Source: an uncultured Campylobacterales bacterium (lineage in GTDB: Bacteria; Campylobacterota; Campylobacteria; Campylobacterales; Sulfurovaceae). Taken from it: DNA of 48,880 nt. The stretch lies in assembly GCA_964628135.1 (NCBI GenBank), contig CAZVPN010000001.1, positions 1 through 48,880 on the forward strand. The letters run 5' to 3'. This document shows, piece after piece, positions 47,718 to 48,880 of the stretch. Below the pieces are notes generated by a model. The model was not told the DNA's origin and did no database searches. It saw only the letters and a program-made list of their open reading frames with translations. A program made the position numbers and the translations under genes. Position 1 is the first letter of the stretch. Every line of letters begins with the position of its first letter.

Positions 47718-48725
47718 CTACGGCACATAAGCAATAACAGGCAATCCCATCCCCTCATCGTATCCGCACATCAAATTGGCGGCGGCTACTGCTTGGGAGC
47801 TGGCTCCTCTGAGTAGGTTGTCTATCGCTGAGCTGACAAAGAGTGCTTTGCCGTTGCGTGCTGCGTAAATATCGCAAAAGTGCGTGCCTGCCGTGCTCTT
47901 GATATCTACCGGTGCAGTTCTGATGCGGATGAATGGATCATCTTTGTAGTGCTCTTGCAGTATCTTGATTGGATCAATTTCCTCTTTGAGTGTGGCATAA
48001 ACAGACACCAACTCTCCTCTAGTAGCGGGGATAAGATGAGGGACGAAATTTACCTGCATATCTACACCGTGTATTTTGCGGATTTTTTCTGCAATCTCCG
48101 GAGCGTGTCGATGTTTGAGAGGATTGTATGCAAAGATATTTTCGTTGATATTTACAAAATGTGTAGTCTCGCTTAGCTTTTTGCCTGCACCGCTGACTCC
48201 CGATTTGGCATCTACAAATATCTGTGCACTGCTATCCAGATAAGGCACAAAAGGCAAGATACCAAGCAAGGTAGCTGTCGGATAGCATCCCGGTCCTGCT
48301 GCAAGGCTTGTATGCTTGAGCTCATCTCTATAATACTCTATCAATCCATAAACAGCTTGATCTATGTGCTCTTTGTCGGTATGGTGGGTATAATTCTCTT
48401 CATATGTATTAATATCAAGACGATAATCAGCCGATAAATCTACTACTTTTAGTCCCGATTCAAGCAGACCTTTGGCAAAAGACATAGAGGCTTTGTGTGG
48501 CAGTGCCAAAAATACAAGATCGCACTTTTGGGCTATATCCTCTACAGATGCCTTATCTACAGCCATAGTGATCACATCTTGGAGTGATGGATGAAGCTGC
48601 TCTATCAGAGTATCGCCCTCAGTGGTAGCCAAATACTTCAACTCAAATCCACCATGAGAGAGCAAAATCTTGACAAGCTCCAATCCGGTATAGCCACTAG
48701 CCCCAACAACACCCACTCTAACCAT
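47718..48725 (-). CDS. argC: N-acetyl-gamma-glutamyl-phosphate reductase
   Basis: GASGYTGLEL NAD(P)-binding motif and active-site PGCYPT. GGAGG lies 6 nt before ATG 48725, and the GTG at 48728 is too close to the RBS. TATAAT at 48748-48743. Confidence 0.95.
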   Translation of the reverse strand: MVRVGVVGASGYTGLELVKILLSHGGFELKYLATTEGDTLIEQLHPSLQDVITMAVDKASVEDIAQKCDLVFLALPHKASMSFAKGLLESGLKVVDLSADYRLDINTYEENYTHHTDKEHIDQAVYGLIEYYRDELKHTSLAAGPGCYPTATLLGILPFVPYLDSSAQIFVDAKSGVSGAGKKLSETTHFVNINENIFAYNPLKHRHAPEIAEKIRKIHGVDMQVNFVPHLIPATRGELVSVYATLKEEIDPIKILQEHYKDDPFIRIRTAPVDIKSTAGTHFCDIYAARNGKALFVSSAIDNLLRGASSQAVAAANLMCGYDEGMGLPVIAYVP

Positions 48726-48751
48726 CACAAACCTCCAAAAATATTATAAAA

Positions 48752-48826
48752 ACCCTAAAACCTACTCCCTAAACCCTAAAACCTAAAACCTAACACCTAG
48801 AGCCCCTAACCCCTAAAACCTAAACC
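48752..48826. repeat. Degenerate 7-8 nt microsatellite, consensus (A/C)CCTAAA (telomere-like)
   Basis: About ten tandem units. Four are exact CCCTAAA heptamers (48753, 48767, 48774, 48811). The array lies between a minus-strand stop codon (48820-48822) and the argC -10 box. Confidence 0.8.
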
Positions 48827-48880
48827 TCAATCTCTTTATAATATACCTCTTCTATATCAAACTTCTTGACTCCCGCAGGA
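48820..48880 (-). CDS. 3' end of an unidentified minus-strand gene (cut by window edge)
   Basis: The open frame entering from the window end reads ...PAGVKKFDIEEVYYKEIEV then TAG. It is too short to identify. Confidence 0.25.
   Translation of the reverse strand, partial: PAGVKKFDIEEVYYKEIEV

Noticed and set aside
48752-48826. Possible CRISPR array or canonical G-quadruplex in the telomere-like repeat
   Set aside because: The units are only 7-8 nt with no spacers, so this is not a CRISPR array. On the G-rich strand, runs of 3 or more G are separated by loops that are too long (one about 26 nt) for a canonical four-run G4. Only weaker two-tetrad structures are conceivable.

Overview
This is a contiguous chromosomal segment. 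From gene content and protein style it reads like a Campylobacterota (epsilonproteobacterial) chemolithoautotroph of the Sulfurovum/Sulfurimonas type; that is inference, no search was possible. I support about 46 protein-coding genes and one tRNA (tRNA-Sec, minus strand, 14193-14291). I see no rRNA, CRISPR array, transposase, integrase or phage genes. Positions 1-38.9 kb are tightly packed housekeeping genes, many with overlapping stop/start codons: gltB (3' part), an inositol-monophosphatase-like gene, accD, ppk2, an outer-membrane barrel, a MurF-like gene, metG, nadK, recN, tatD, two lytic transglycosylases, hisB, selC, metF, serB, an ABC exporter, a DEAD-box helicase, oadGAB-pckA, acyP, plsC, purQ/purS/purC, a C-terminal processing protease, clpB, uppP, a three-subunit anchor-less fumarate reductase/succinate dehydrogenase, and thiL. 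Positions 38.9-47.7 kb look less conserved and locally more AT-rich. They carry a NYN+OST-HTH protein, a membrane-anchored acidic helix-hairpin-helix (HhH) protein, an Asp/Glu racemase, a 68-aa ORF, a TetR gene preceded by three exactly phased palindromic operators, about 0.5 kb of non-coding DNA, a lysine-rich NodB deacetylase with a repeated HPNPLxIF motif, and a 935-aa Suv3-like helicase with an uncharacterised ~430-aa N-terminal half. The window ends with argC, which is preceded by a telomere-like CCCTAAA-type microsatellite. I could not identify a clear multi-gene new system such as a defence island. The best candidates for follow-up are the phased TetR operator array with no target gene, the extended Suv3-like helicase, the NYN/OST-HTH plus HhH divergent pair, and the metG-coupled MurF-like pseudoenzyme plus outer-membrane barrel. 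All functional calls rest on motifs I can read in the translations. Start codons were refined by ribosome-binding site (RBS) and promoter inspection and remain provisional.
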